Program-made: the position numbers and the translations under genes
Notes under the pieces: model-generated
Seen by the model: only the letters and a program-made list of their open reading frames with translations
What the model was told of the DNA's origin: nothing
Database searches by the model: none
In this document: one piece after another, positions 12,891-25,112 of the stretch
How positions within the stretch are numbered: position 1 is the stretch's first letter
Layout: each line of letters opens with the position of its first letter
Source of the DNA: Phoronis australis
Lineage: Eukaryota > Animalia > Phoronida
Length of the DNA: 64,000 nt
NCBI GenBank assembly: GCA_002633005.1
Contig: NMRA01000142.1
Coordinates: 602,860 to 666,859, forward strand
Direction: 5' to 3'

Positions 12891-13308
12891 CCGTATTCGC
12901 CTTAATAACCGCCCAGGGGGCTTAGAAAAGTTTGTTTCAGGGGGGGCGCTTATTATAACCCAAGGCCGTTGAAACCTGGTCTCCGAAACGGATGAAATTG
13001 GAAGCTAAGATTCATCATATTTACGCTCTGTGACGTATCTGTAATCTATGAAAAGACTTTCACAAAACCGTGGTGCATTGCATTGTATAGTCACGCCTAA
13101 ACACAGACGGCGAGGCTTGTGGTCTACAAATTCTACGCACACAATGATTTTTTCAGGACTGTCGGATATTATTGATAAATTGAAGACGTTATTGTAGAAT
13201 TTTAAGACTGTAGGTAAAGCATTTTTTTGCACGTACACGTTCATGGACTGGGCGCTTATTTTAGCAAAGTCTGAAAACGTGTGGGGGCGCTTATTACGGC
13301 GAATGCGG
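12891..13308. mobile_element. MITE with CCGTATTCGCC termini and TA TSD (Tc1/mariner-pogo type), in repeat unit 1
   Basis: gaagTA[CCGTATTCGCC...GGCGAATGCGG]TAgctg. The empty site gaagTAgctg is present in unit 3 (~18041-18050). Confidence 0.9.
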
Positions 13309-15472
13309 TAGCTGAAAAAGTGACTCTAACTACACCCATTACTTTGTAAATTGTAGGTCATCGTATGGTTAATCCATGAGGATGAAGGTGTAAGCCGACT
13401 TGTCGAGGAAGTGATCTTGGATGACCACGGAACACTACCAACTTGGACAGCCACACCCGATTATTCCTGAGCCAGTGTGGAAAACCTGGTAGAGTTTAGT
13501 AACAGTAGGACCTCGATAACAAGCATACTGTGAGATTACGAAGAGATATTGACATGTATTTTAAATCGAAAGCGACAAAATATGGTTGCTTAAAAGTGAA
13601 ATTTCGCATTTCAAGGGCGTCTATTTAGCCAAACATGAGTGTCAACCACAACGGCTACACTAAATTCTGTGATTATGTATTAGACATTTCAGAATGCTTA
13701 TATTTTAGAATCTTGTTCTATGGCAAAGGACGGGAAAACAGTGTTAAACGACCAAGGGCACTATCACCGCAAGCTTGTAGTGAGAGTGATCAAGTCCAAT
13801 TATGTAAGTTTTTGGTTCCTATTCAGTATTTTGATGTATTCTCATAATATTCTGACTTGAACCATTATTGTCTCGTACATTTCACAACTGTTTTAAACTT
13901 GTAGTGTCCAGTTTTCACTGATCCCTTACTTAAAAAAAAACTTATCTTCAAAACATATTCTTCAGTTCTTACTCGATATTTCTAATGGATAATTTTTTAA
14001 GTATAACTAATTTGCTACGTTTACATAAATAAAATAGATTCGTCATACTTGTTAACAACGCTATCAATTTCTTAAGTGCATCCTCGTTTCAAGTTATAAT
14101 GTGAAGCACTGAGAAAGGGCAACAACCGATACGTTCACTTTCTTTTAAACACATATACCGCCCCCTAACTGTCATTATTGTTTTATCGTTTTAGAGTAGA
14201 CTACCGATAAGTTGGAATCGGTTAAGTCCGCTTTTCACTTATCTTTAACGTTTTCCTATGAAAGTTTATAGCATTTACTCCTTAGTAGTAAGACAAATTA
14301 TATTTGTCGGATGAAGTTGCGCAGTCCGTCCGAATTTGCCTTATTGACGTACGTACTCAGCAGCAACAGCGAGAGACATGGAACAGGAAATAGCCTCAAA
14401 CGTAGCAGACGTGAGGACGATGGATGTAGCAAGAAACGTCGATACAATGTTGACACGTGGAAACCAACTCGCGGAGACGTCGGAAACACTGACATTAGGA
14501 GATTCTACTCCACTAGAGGAGAACTTCTGCACGGGACAAGTTGGTCAGGACACTCAAAAGACAGAACTAGCAAGAGTGTCAGCAATGAACTGTCAAAATT
14601 CCAAAGTATGACAGAGTTTCAATGGAGATGAAGCGATTACCAGCAAGCGTCATCAGTGTCAGAGGCAAAGTTGACATGCGATATCAACTCGGCACCAAAG
14701 TTGGGCTTCTGAAGACAAAGTACAGAGCTGGGGACTTAGCTGTGCACCATGAGCATGTAGACGGGGACACTTCCAACACAGTCACACTCAGGGAAGCTGC
14801 TCGTTTGTTAAATCCATCAACAAAATTTCTGGGCAACAGATGTGGTTGCTCTGGTTTTTGTACAAAAGCAACTGCAGATGTAAGAAGAATAAGATCACGT
14901 GTAGCAGTCATTGCCATCCAGGTCATGCCTGTGAAAACGGAGAACAACAACATGGACAGAGAGAAAAAAGCAATCAAAGATCAAGGAAGTGCCGCATGCT
15001 AAGAACATGAAAGGAGATGACTGCCAGACACAAAACAACATCCACTCTAGCATTCACTGCCATACAGGTTCTGCCAACAACAACAACAGAGAACAGCCAA
15101 CCAAGAGAAAGCACAAACTAAAATCCAACAACAACCTCCTAAGAAGATGAAAAGAAATAACTTAATGTATGATGCCATCCTTCCATCAAATGCCTGGCTA
15201 AACGACCTCCATATTGATGCTGCTTCTCGATTGATCAAGAAAACACATCCGAGTGTTGAAGGGTTGTACAACCCTCTCTTACAACAGAGTCTGACATGGC
15301 CATTGCCGAAAGCAGGTTTCATTAAGATTCCAAATGTGAATGACAGTCATTGGGTTTGTGTTTCAACTATTGGGGATAAGGCATCTACAGCATCTGTTTA
15401 TGACAGCATGATGCGCAGCAAGGACGATAATGTGCCTCCAATAGTGGGAGTGTTGTGTCTATAATTGAAGTA

Positions 15473-15875
15473 CCGTATTCGCCTTAATAACCGCCCAGGG
15501 GGCTTAGAAAAGTTCGTTTCAGGGGGGGCGCTTATTATAACCCAAGGCCGTTGAAACCTGGTCTCCGAAACGGATGAAATTGGAAGCTAAGATTCATAAT
15601 ATTTACGCTCTCTGTGACGTATCTGTAATCTATGAAAAGACTTTCTACAAAACCGTGGTGCATTGCATTGTATAGTCACGCCTAAACACTGACGGCGAGG
15701 CTTGTGGTCTACAAATTCTACGCACAATGATTTTTTCAGGACTGTCGGATATTATTGATAAATTGAAGACGTTATTGTAGAATTTTAAGACTGTAGGTAA
15801 AGCATTTTTTGCACGTACACGTTCATGGACTGGGCACTTATTTTAGTGTGGGGGCGCTTATTACGGCGAATACGG
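15473..15875. mobile_element. Same TA-TSD MITE in repeat unit 2
   Basis: gaagTA[CCGTATTCGCC...GGCGAATACGG]TAgctg, at the same insertion site as in unit 1. Confidence 0.9.
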
Positions 15876-18800
15876 TAGCTGAAAAAGTGACTCTAACTAC
15901 ACCCATTGCTTTGTAAATTGTAGGTCATCGTATGGTTAATACATGAGGACGAATGTGTCAACCGACTTGTCGAGGAAGTGATCTTGGATGACCATGGAAC
16001 ACTACCAACTTGGACAGCCACACCTGCTTATACATGAGCCAGTGTGGAAAACCTGGTACAGTTTAGTAACAATAGGACCTCGATAAAAAGCATACTGTGA
16101 GATTACGAAGAGATATTGACATGTATTTTAAATCGAAAGCGACAAAATATGGTTGCTTAAAAGTGAAATTTCGCATTTCAAGGGCGGCTATTTAGCCAAA
16201 CATGAGTGTCAACCACAACGGCTATACTAAATTCTGTGATTATGTATTAGACATTTCAGAATGTTTATATTTTAGAATCTTGTTCTATGGCAAAGGACGG
16301 GAAAACAGTGTTAAACGACCAAGGGCACTATCACCGCAAGCTTGTAGTGAGAGTGCTCAAGTCCAATTACGTAACTTTTTGGTTCCTATTCAGTATTTTG
16401 ATGTATTCTCATAATATTCTGACTTGAACCATTATTGTCTCGTACATTTCACAACTGTTTTAAACTTGTAGTGTCCAGTTTTCACTGATCCCTTACTTCA
16501 AAAAAAAACTTATCTTCAAAACAAATTCTTCAGTTCTTACTCGATATTTCCAATGGTTAATTTTTTAAGTATAACTAATTTGCTACGTTTACATAAATAA
16601 AATAGATTCGTCATACTTGTTAACAATGCTATCAATTTCTTAAGTGCATCCTCGTTTCAAGTTATAATGTGAAGCACTGAGAAAGGGCAACAACCGATAC
16701 GTTCACTTTCTTTTAAACACATATACCGCCCCCTAACCGTCATTATTGTTTTATCGTTTTAGAGTAGACTACCGATAAGTTGGAATCGGTTAAGTCCGAT
16801 TTTCACTTATCTTTAACGTTTTCCTATGAAAGTTGATAGCATTTACTCCTTAGTAGTAAGACAAATTATATTTGTCGGATGAAGTTGCGCAGTCCGTCCG
16901 AATTTGCCTTATTGACGTACGTACTCAGCAGCAACAGCGAGAGACATGGAACAGGAAATAGCCTCAAACGTAGCAGACGTGAGGACGATGGATGTAGCAA
17001 GAAACGTCGATACAATGTTGACACGTGGAAACCAACTCGCGGAGACGTCGGAAACACTGACATTAGGAGATTCTACTCCACTAGAGGAGAACTTCTGCAC
17101 GGGACAAGTTGGTCAGGACACTCAAAAGACAGAACTAGCAAGAGTGTCAGCAATGAACTGTCAAAATTCCAAAGTATGACAGAGTTTCAATGGAGATGAA
17201 GCGATTACCAGCAAGCGTCATCAGTGTCAGAGGCAAAGTTGACATGCGATATCAACTCGGCACCAAAGTTGGGCTTCTGAAGACAAAGTACAGAGCTGGG
17301 GACTTAGCTGTGCACCATGAGCATGTAGACGGGGACACTTCCAACACAGTCACACTCAGGGAAGCTGCTCGTTTGTTAAATCCATCAACAAAATTTCTGG
17401 GCAACAGATGTGGTTGCTCTGGTATTTGTACAAAAGCAACTGCAAATGTAAGAAGAATAAGATCACGTGTAGCAGTCATTGCCATCCAGGTCATGCCTGG
17501 GAAAACAGAGAACAACAACATGGACAGAGAGAAAAAAGGCAATCAAAGATCAAGAAAGTGCCACCTGCGTGGAACGTGAAAGGAGATGACTGCCAGACAC
17601 AAAACAACATCCACTCTAGCATTCACTGCCATACAGGTTCTGCCAACAACAGAGAACAGCCAACCAAGAGAAAAGCACAAACTAAAATCCAACAACAACC
17701 TCCTAAGAAGATGAAAAGAAATGTCTTCCTGTATGATGCCATCCTTCCATCAAATGCATGGCTAAACGACCTCCATATTGATGCTGCTTCTCGATTAATC
17801 AAGAAAACACATCAGAGTGTGGAAGGGATGTACAACCCTCTCTTACAACAGAGTCTGACATGGCCAGTGCCAAAAGCAGGTTTCATTCAGACTCTAAATG
17901 TGAATGACAGTCATTGGGTTTGTGTTTCAACTATTGGCGATAAGGCATCTACAGCATCTGTTTATGACAGCATGATGCGCAGCAAGGACGATAATGTGCC
18001 TCCAATAGTGGGCGTGTTGCGTCAAGACAACGCTATAATTGAAGTAGCTGAAAAAGTGACTCTAACTACACCCATTACTTTGTAAATTGTAGGTCATCGT
18101 ATGGTTAATCCATGAGGATGAAGGTGTTGGCCGACTTGTCGAGGAAGTGATGTTGGATGACCACGGAACACTACCAACTTGGACAGCCACACCAGATTAT
18201 TCCTGAGCCAGTGTGGAAAACCTGGTAGAGTTTAGTAACAGTAGGACCTCGATAAAAAGCAAACTGTGAGATTATGAAGAGATATTGACATGTATTTTAA
18301 ATCGAAAGCGACAAAATATGGTTGCTTAAAAGTGAAATTTCGCAATTCAAGGGCGGCCATTTAGCCAAACATGGGTGTCAACTACAACGGCTACACTATA
18401 TTCTGTGATTATGTATTAGACATTTCAGAATGTTTATATTTTAGAATCTTGTTCTGTGGCAAAGGACGGGAAAACAGTGTTAAACGACCAAGGGCACTAT
18501 CACCGCAAGCTTGTAGTGAGAGTGCTCAAGTCCAATTACGTAAGTTTTTGGTTCCTATTGAGTATTTTGATGTATTCTCATAATATTCTGACTTGAACCA
18601 TTATTGTCTCGTACATTTCACAACTGTTTTAAACTTGTAGCGTCCAGTTTTCACTGATCCCTTACTTCAAAAAAAACTTATCTTCAAAACAAATTCTTCA
18701 GTTCTTACTTGATATTTCCATTGGTTAATTTTTTAACTAATTTGCTACGTTTACATACGTTTACAGAAATAAAATAGATTCGTCCTACTTGTTAACAATG

Positions 18801-19909
18801 CTATCAATTTCTTAAGTGCATCCTCGTTTCAAATTGTAATGTGAAGCACTGAGAAAGGGCAACAACCGATACGTTCACTTTCTTTTAAACACATATACCA
18901 ACTCTTTACTGTCATTATTGTTTTATCGTTTTAGAGTAGACTACCGATAAGTTGGAATCGGTTAAGTCCGATTTTCACTTATCTTAAACGTTTTCCTATG
19001 AAAGTTTAAAGAATTTACTCCTTAGTAGTAAGACAAATTATAGTTGTCGGATGAAGTTGCGCAGTCCGACCAAATTTGCCTTATTGATGTACGTACTCAG
19101 CAGCAACAGCGAGAGACATGGAACAGGAAACAGCCTCAACCGTAGCAGACGTGAGGACGATGGATGTAGCAAGAATCGTCGATACAATGTTGACACGTGG
19201 AAATCAACTCGCGGAGACGTCAGAAACACTGACATTAGGAGATTCTACTCCGCTAGAGAACTCCTGCACGGGATAAGTTGGTCAGGACACTCACAAGACA
19301 GAACTAGCAAGAGTGTCAGCAATGAACGATGCACAAGCAGCACCTCAACCAGAACTGACAGGACCAGAAACACCATGGAAGAACACAGATCCAGCACTAC
19401 CATCACTTCAGGAAAAGTCCTCAGCAACGCAGTTAAAATGCAGCCTAAGGGATCAACAACTAACACAACAACAACGTCCAAGCACTTCTGCCTTGTACCT
19501 TCCTGCAACGTGGGAAGAAGACCTATCCTTCAGAACAGGACTGACAATGCAGCAAATCATGGACTCGATAGAGGGAGTCAACATACTGTGGATGGACAAT
19601 ATGTGTGTTCGTCCAGACATTTTTCTCACCGTGTTGCCGATCATACATGTAGATGGCACGATGTTGCACAGATTTGTACTTAAACTTGCCGTTAATCCAG
19701 ACTCCACGGGAACTTAAAAAAAAATCTTAGAAAGGCTACTTATAAAACTTAAGGATTTCAGGTAATTTGCTTGAGTCGAAACCATTTTTATTCGAGCATT
19801 GAAGTTGCCATATCGAAGACAGGGATTTCGAGGCAGTCAGTCGGCTAGTTTTCGCTCTGGGATTTCAGCACAATTTTCTGTAAAATGATCGTAATTTAGC
19901 AGCAAAGTT

Positions 19910-20102
19910 TGATAGCAATGCACCACAGTTTCGTTGAAAGTCTTTCATAGATTACATATATGTCACAGAAAGTAAATTTGATGAATCTTAGCTTCCGATT
20001 TCACCCGTTTCGGAGACCGCGTTTCAACCGCCTTGGGTTATAAGTGCACCCCCTGAACCGAACTTTACTAAGCGCCCTGGGCGGTTGTTACGGCGAATAC
20101 GG
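19910..20102 (-). mobile_element. Partial inverted relative of the CCGTATTCGCC MITE
   Basis: Reverse complement reads CCGTATTCGCCGTAACAACCGCCCAGGGCGCTTAG...GGAAGCTAAGATTCATCA, homologous to the left part of 12891-13308. Ends in CGG|TA. Confidence 0.75.
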
Positions 20103-20199
20103 TATATATCGTTCTCTAAATTTTTTAAAAGAAAATAATTATCGATGAACTTCATCTGAAATATGACAATATTGTTGTTCCTTTATAGGTGCTGAATGA

Positions 20200-21073
20200 G
20201 ATCCCCCGTTATGGAACAGCATGATGCCATTGATCATCATGGATTTCGTTATACCACCTTGTTCAGTGACGGGGACTCCCAAGTCATATGCTGCTTTAGT
20301 GGAAGCCAATTTTTATCCAATTACAAAAGATGAATGTACTAACCATGTATCAAAGTGCATGGGTACTGCTTTGAGAACCTTTGTGGAAAAAAAGCTCAAC
20401 AAAAAAAGAAGGTGAAAGAGGAAAGTTTACACAAGAGGTCATTAAAAAGTTAACAAATTATTATGGTCGAGCCATCAAGGATAATGTGGGTGATGTGAAT
20501 GCTATGCAGAAAGCTGTTATGGCGACATGGTTCCATGTACCCAGCCCTGATGATGATCCTCGCCATCAGCATTGTCCCACTGGACCAGAAAGTTCAACTT
20601 GGTACTTTTACAATCTAGCCCAAGCCAATAATGCAGTACCAAGGCCTCATGCCAGTACACTTCCAAGAGAAATAGCACTAGCAATTCTTCCCATTTACCA
20701 GAGATTAGATAATCGAGATATGATGAGACACTGCAAGAGTGGGAAGACCAGCAACGTCAACGAAGCCTTCCACTCTACTCTATGGCGGATTTGCCCTGAA
20801 AGAACGCTGGTCCTCATTCAAAACAGCTGGCACAGCCATGGCAACTGCTGTGCAGAAGTTTAACAAAGGATCTAGTGCCATGCTGGACATTCTTGCTGAA
20901 CTGGATATCGTTGCAGTACATGGAAAGCAGAGATTTGCAACAAAAGACAAAGGCTAATCGAAAGTCAACTAGTAAAGCTGTTAAGCATAGAGACCATGGA
21001 CAGCATAAGGAGCCAGGAGAGAGCACAACATCAAGCTGGGTAAGGAATAGTTTATGCTCCTGGACAATTTTGA
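20200..21073 (+). mobile_element. Kolobok-type (Mutator-like Pfam family) transposase remnant, C-terminal half
   Basis: FRYTTLFSDGDS; KDECTNHVSKCMGTALR; GKFTQEVIKKLTNYYGRAIK; HQHCPTGPES.W; GKTSNVNEAFHSTLWRICP; terminal YAPGQF*. Frameshifted. Confidence 0.8.
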
Positions 21074-22404
21074 AGTGCTTGTAACCTAAAAATTAAAGTT
21101 GCTGTTGGCACTGGATTCTGGAAATCTTCAGACAACAAGCCCCACTTACGTCATGCTTGAGACTGTTCAGCAGCTACATGTGGACTAACTAAGGAACATG
21201 TCATATTCGAACCAAACAAAAACGTACTGGAAGTCTTTGCAGCTGAAACTTGGGGGCACATCCTTGAGGCTTTTGTACAAAAACCAGCTACTTTGCAAAA
21301 TGCATTGTAAAGGGACAAAGTAGGGTGAAGACCATTTGCTTCAGCTTCTCTGAAGAACCACCACCTTATGTGAAGGACGCATTTCTCCAAATCAAGAAGG
21401 CCGCATTGCAAAGGAACAAAGTGAGGTTAAGACCATTTGCCTCAGCTCCTCTGAAGAACCACCACATGTGAAGAAGGACGCATTTCTCCTAATCAAGAAG
21501 GACGTTGTTAGACAGGAGACAGTGTCGGTGAATGGGGACACAAAGTTATTGATTGTTTTTGGCTAGATGGAGGTGTTTTGGGCAGTCGAATTTTTTGGAT
21601 GCCAACAGTAGCCTTGATCTGTCATTAATGGATGCTGCTATAGCTGTTTCAGATCCACGCACTTTACAAGAACACATTCCGGAAGATCAGAATTGGCCTA
21701 ATAAGCTGACTCTGGGTTACTGCAAGGAAGTAGCAAAAACTGTTTCAAAATTCGCAGCAAGCACTAGCCTGTCTTGCGTTTGATGCCAAAAAAGTTACCC
21801 CTGGCCCTGGCCATCAGGTCTTGGTTTGGCCTCCTGCATCAAGCATCATACACATTCAGCAAAAGACCTTGTACAGAAAACGGCATTTTTGTAAACTTTG
21901 GTTCTGAGGTGGCTGAAATAATTTGCCAGCATCACTGTCAAATCTAAATAAATATAAACTTTTGATAGATTCGTATCAAGCGGTAACTTGATTTCCATTT
22001 TTAAATTGTTTGACAAAAACCAAGGGGTGTTGTTCTTTTGAGTTGCTGATTAAGAGTCTCAGATTAACAGGTTAAACTTACAGAAGTCTACATAAAGCAC
22101 CTTCACTCCAAATCTAGCTTTTCATCCAAAAATTTTGTAGAGGTCAAGCAGTCAGACACTGGGTGAAGAATGATGGCTGCATTATTGCTCTGTACATGTT
22201 TTAGATAGGGCAGACCATCGCCTCTCATGCCTAAGCTGAGTGAAATTGACATCCTGACTGAAGGAAATGGTCAAATGTCATCTCAAGAAATTGTGAGCAT
22301 AATTGGAGTGGACACAATGCCTCCTCAATCAAGAGATGTAGACAAAAGTTGAATTAGGCCTTTGTGAATCGAAAGTACTGCCACAATGTAAAGTAAGTGG
22401 TATG

Positions 22405-23880
22405 TTAACCCTAGTTCTGTTAATCACCGGTTTCTCCGGTTTCAACATGCCTCTAGCATTGATCTAAGTACGTCAAACTCAATTCAAAAATAACGGTCAA
22501 CCAGAAAATTTAAAAGGGTCTAGTTTGGTTGGGTTGCTTGGAGAAAAGCATAAGAAGTTAGGTATTCATAAAAGACTGTTTGTGATTGGCTAATTGAGGC
22601 GCATTTCTCAAATGTTCACTGATAAAATGTTTCCGCATTTAAAAGCGATGTCTTATTTACCTTAATTTGAAAACTTATACGAAATCTTTCATGATGTTGA
22701 AACTGAAGAGGAATTCGAAGGATGTGAGGACGAAATTAATGAAGATTTGTCCAATGACAAATTGGACTCCTGAGGGCTCCGAAGCCGAATGGACTGAAGG
22801 AGACTGTGAGACCGCCGATCTGCGGTTTTCTGCAACTCCCGGTTTGGCCGTGGGAATTCACCTGCCCGAAGATCCCCAGTCACTCGTCTTTTTTAAGTTG
22901 TTCGTCATTGACGATGATTTAAAAGAAATGGCTTATGAAACTAACAGATACACAGCTGACAAACTTTCTAAAAATCAAAGGGCCGATCACGGACTGTGCA
23001 AGTCTGAAACGTTTAGCCATGCAGGCTCTGATGCTCCTGGGCGACGCCAAGATTGAGCTGAACCAGTGACACCGGGAATCAATTAACCCTTACCTAAATA
23101 CAAAATTCCATTTGCTATCTAACACTGTGGACAAGGAAGGGTCCCTATTGTTTGGTGAGGATCTCGTCACCAAAGTTAAGAGCGTCAGTGATGCTGCGTC
23201 GTTCGGCAGTTGTGCTACGTACCCGATGTACCCCAGTTGTACGCAGTTTGGACGCGGTTATCATCAGAGGATTGGACGCTAATGGACGTGGCTGTGCTCA
23301 TGCTACTACCACAAGTGCTGGCTGTAGTATTTATGCTAAATACATGGGAGAAGTGGACAGGCTAGACCAGATGACCACAATTATAAAGAAACAAAATCTT
23401 TAAGATGGTACCGAAAGATTGAGGCGAAACCACGGGCTCTATCACTTTTTAACGCCTACATCATTGAAGGAACTGTACTTGATCAAAGCCCTAACAATAC
23501 AAGAAAGAGGGATTTATTCTCTTTTAAATTAGAAGTAGCGCATGCTCTCATTGGAAATGTTAGATCACAAAAAAATTTCAAATGCCCTCGATCATTAGGA
23601 GCTGGTGACTGTGCTTCAGAAATGAGACTGGATAATATTTCTCACTTGCCCAAAGGCAGTGGCAGTAATGATAAATTATGCTTTGAGTGTTTAAAAAAAA
23701 CAAAATTTCAAAATTTCAAATCCAGGTGTATCAATTAAGGACAATCCAAACAAAAGAACCAAAACTTCAATGGATGAGAAAGTATACTATTGCTCCAATG
23801 CGAGCGCTGTTTTCCATGATGTCACTGAGGCTGTACAGCAAAGATATAGGTCACTGGCCCAGTCAACGGATATACTAAAA
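22405..23880 (+). mobile_element. Decayed piggyBac element (left end plus transposase fragments)
   Basis: TTAA|CCCT left terminus at 22405-22412. FSATPGL...FFKLFVIDDDLKEMAYETNRY; YAKYMGEVDRLDQM; RWYRKI..FNAYII; FKLEVAHALIG; RLDNISHLP and a Cys-rich tail. The catalytic core is missing or replaced around 23010-23330. Confidence 0.8.
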
Positions 23881-23984
23881 TGTCACAGAGACAGAGTAAT
23901 CATCTTGGTTTTGTGTTTGAGCCTATTTAGCATGAAGATGATACACAAGAGTGTCATTCGAGTGACATGAATTTTTTAGATGTC

Positions 23985-24229
23985 GGGTCGAGTGTTGAGG
24001 ACCACAAACTTGAACTGGTGTGTATGTGTGGATAGTTCGGCATAATGGCGATGGAGAGCAAATGCTACAGCTGTCTCAAGAACGTTTTTGAGTCAAAAGT
24101 CAGGCATGGAAGATGCTTGAGCTTGGCAGAATTCAAAATGGTGTGCCTAGAAAATGTTATTCTCGAAGTTATCATGACGTCTCTGAGAGAGACTATAGGA
24201 GAGAGAATTTGAGACCCCGTTTCTAACAG
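23985..24229 (+). mobile_element. P2X7 C-terminal (ballast/nanor-like) Cys-rich domain remnant, transposon accessory gene type
   Basis: NWCVC(G)..IMAMESKCYSC......RCLSLAEFKMVCLENVILEV.....G....PVSNR|gt follows the WCxCGxCxxM...CC...C.....F..VCL pattern. Contains a stop and a frameshift. Confidence 0.55.
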
Positions 24230-24489
24230 GTTTGTTCTCATGCTCAGTACAGAATTTTCATTACCACACCATATAGAATTTCTCACAACACTGGATATCA
24301 AAAAATGTGGACTCGTTTATATTCACAATGTTCATTCTAGAGCAGAGGACATTAAGCAAATCGTCGCATATTCATCATAAGAAATACCTGAATTAACAAT
24401 TTATTAGAATGGTTATCATGGATTACAATTGCCTTATAGCATGGAAACCGTAATAGCAACCAGCAGTCAATCTATCGCATCCGTGATTA

Positions 24490-24832
24490 AAAGACGTGTG
24501 TGGAGAACAGAAGAAAATGCTCTAATAGAAAAAGTAAAGGGAATGGAAACCACGCTATTTGGTGACCATCGAGGTGCAGGAGGTGTAAAATCCTCGGCCA
24601 AAAAAAGGGCGGGATGGGAGATGGTGACAATGTTTATCAGGAGGCGAGTTTCAGTATGCTAAGTGCAAAATACACATTAGTGAACATGATATTATATAGT
24701 TTGAATGACACTGCTAATTTCAGTGTACCCAGTATTTCATTGACTTGCCGTATTGCTTTAATTTCAGCCAATTCACGACCAATAGGTCGACAGACGAGTG
24801 CAAGAAAAAATTTCAGAATTTAAAGCAAAGAT
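24490..24832 (+). mobile_element. Myb/SANT-like DNA-binding domain remnant (Harbinger ORF2 type), two exons
   Basis: KRRVWRTEENALIEKVKGMETTLFG......AKKRAGWEMVT, then the exon RSTDECKKKFQNLKQR|gtaag. Confidence 0.65.
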
Positions 24833-25112
24833 GTAAGCAAATTTGTAACAAATTTAGAGTCAAAAAATTTTTGAGTCTGACATTAGGCACCAGACCCAGA
24901 TGAGTCGCCAGATCTCAACCCATTAAGAATTCGTGGCATGAACTGAATGTCCATGTTAGAAAGCAAGTCCAGCCAACTACAAAGGCGAAGTTGGTAAGTG
25001 GAATCGAAGAACTTTTGGGCAACGGTTACCTTTGAAAAGTGCAACTCTTACATTAACTATATTTATAAGGTTCTCCCACATATCATAGCCAACAAAGGAA
25101 ATGCTTCTGGTT
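24748..25112 (+). mobile_element. Composite Myb mini-exon plus Tc1 transposase 3' end, copy 2
   Basis: Near-identical to 9245-9606, including the SPDLNP region and the junction between the two parts. Confidence 0.75.

Larger units (their letters stand above)
12004..19327 (+). repeat. Tandem triplication (units ~12004-14587, 14588-17155, 17156-19327)
   Basis: Same ORFs recur at ~2.57-kb spacing (14311/16879/19051; 13635/16202/18371). The junction GCAATGAAC|TGTCAAAATTCC joins two unrelated sequences through AAC microhomology. Confidence 0.95.
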
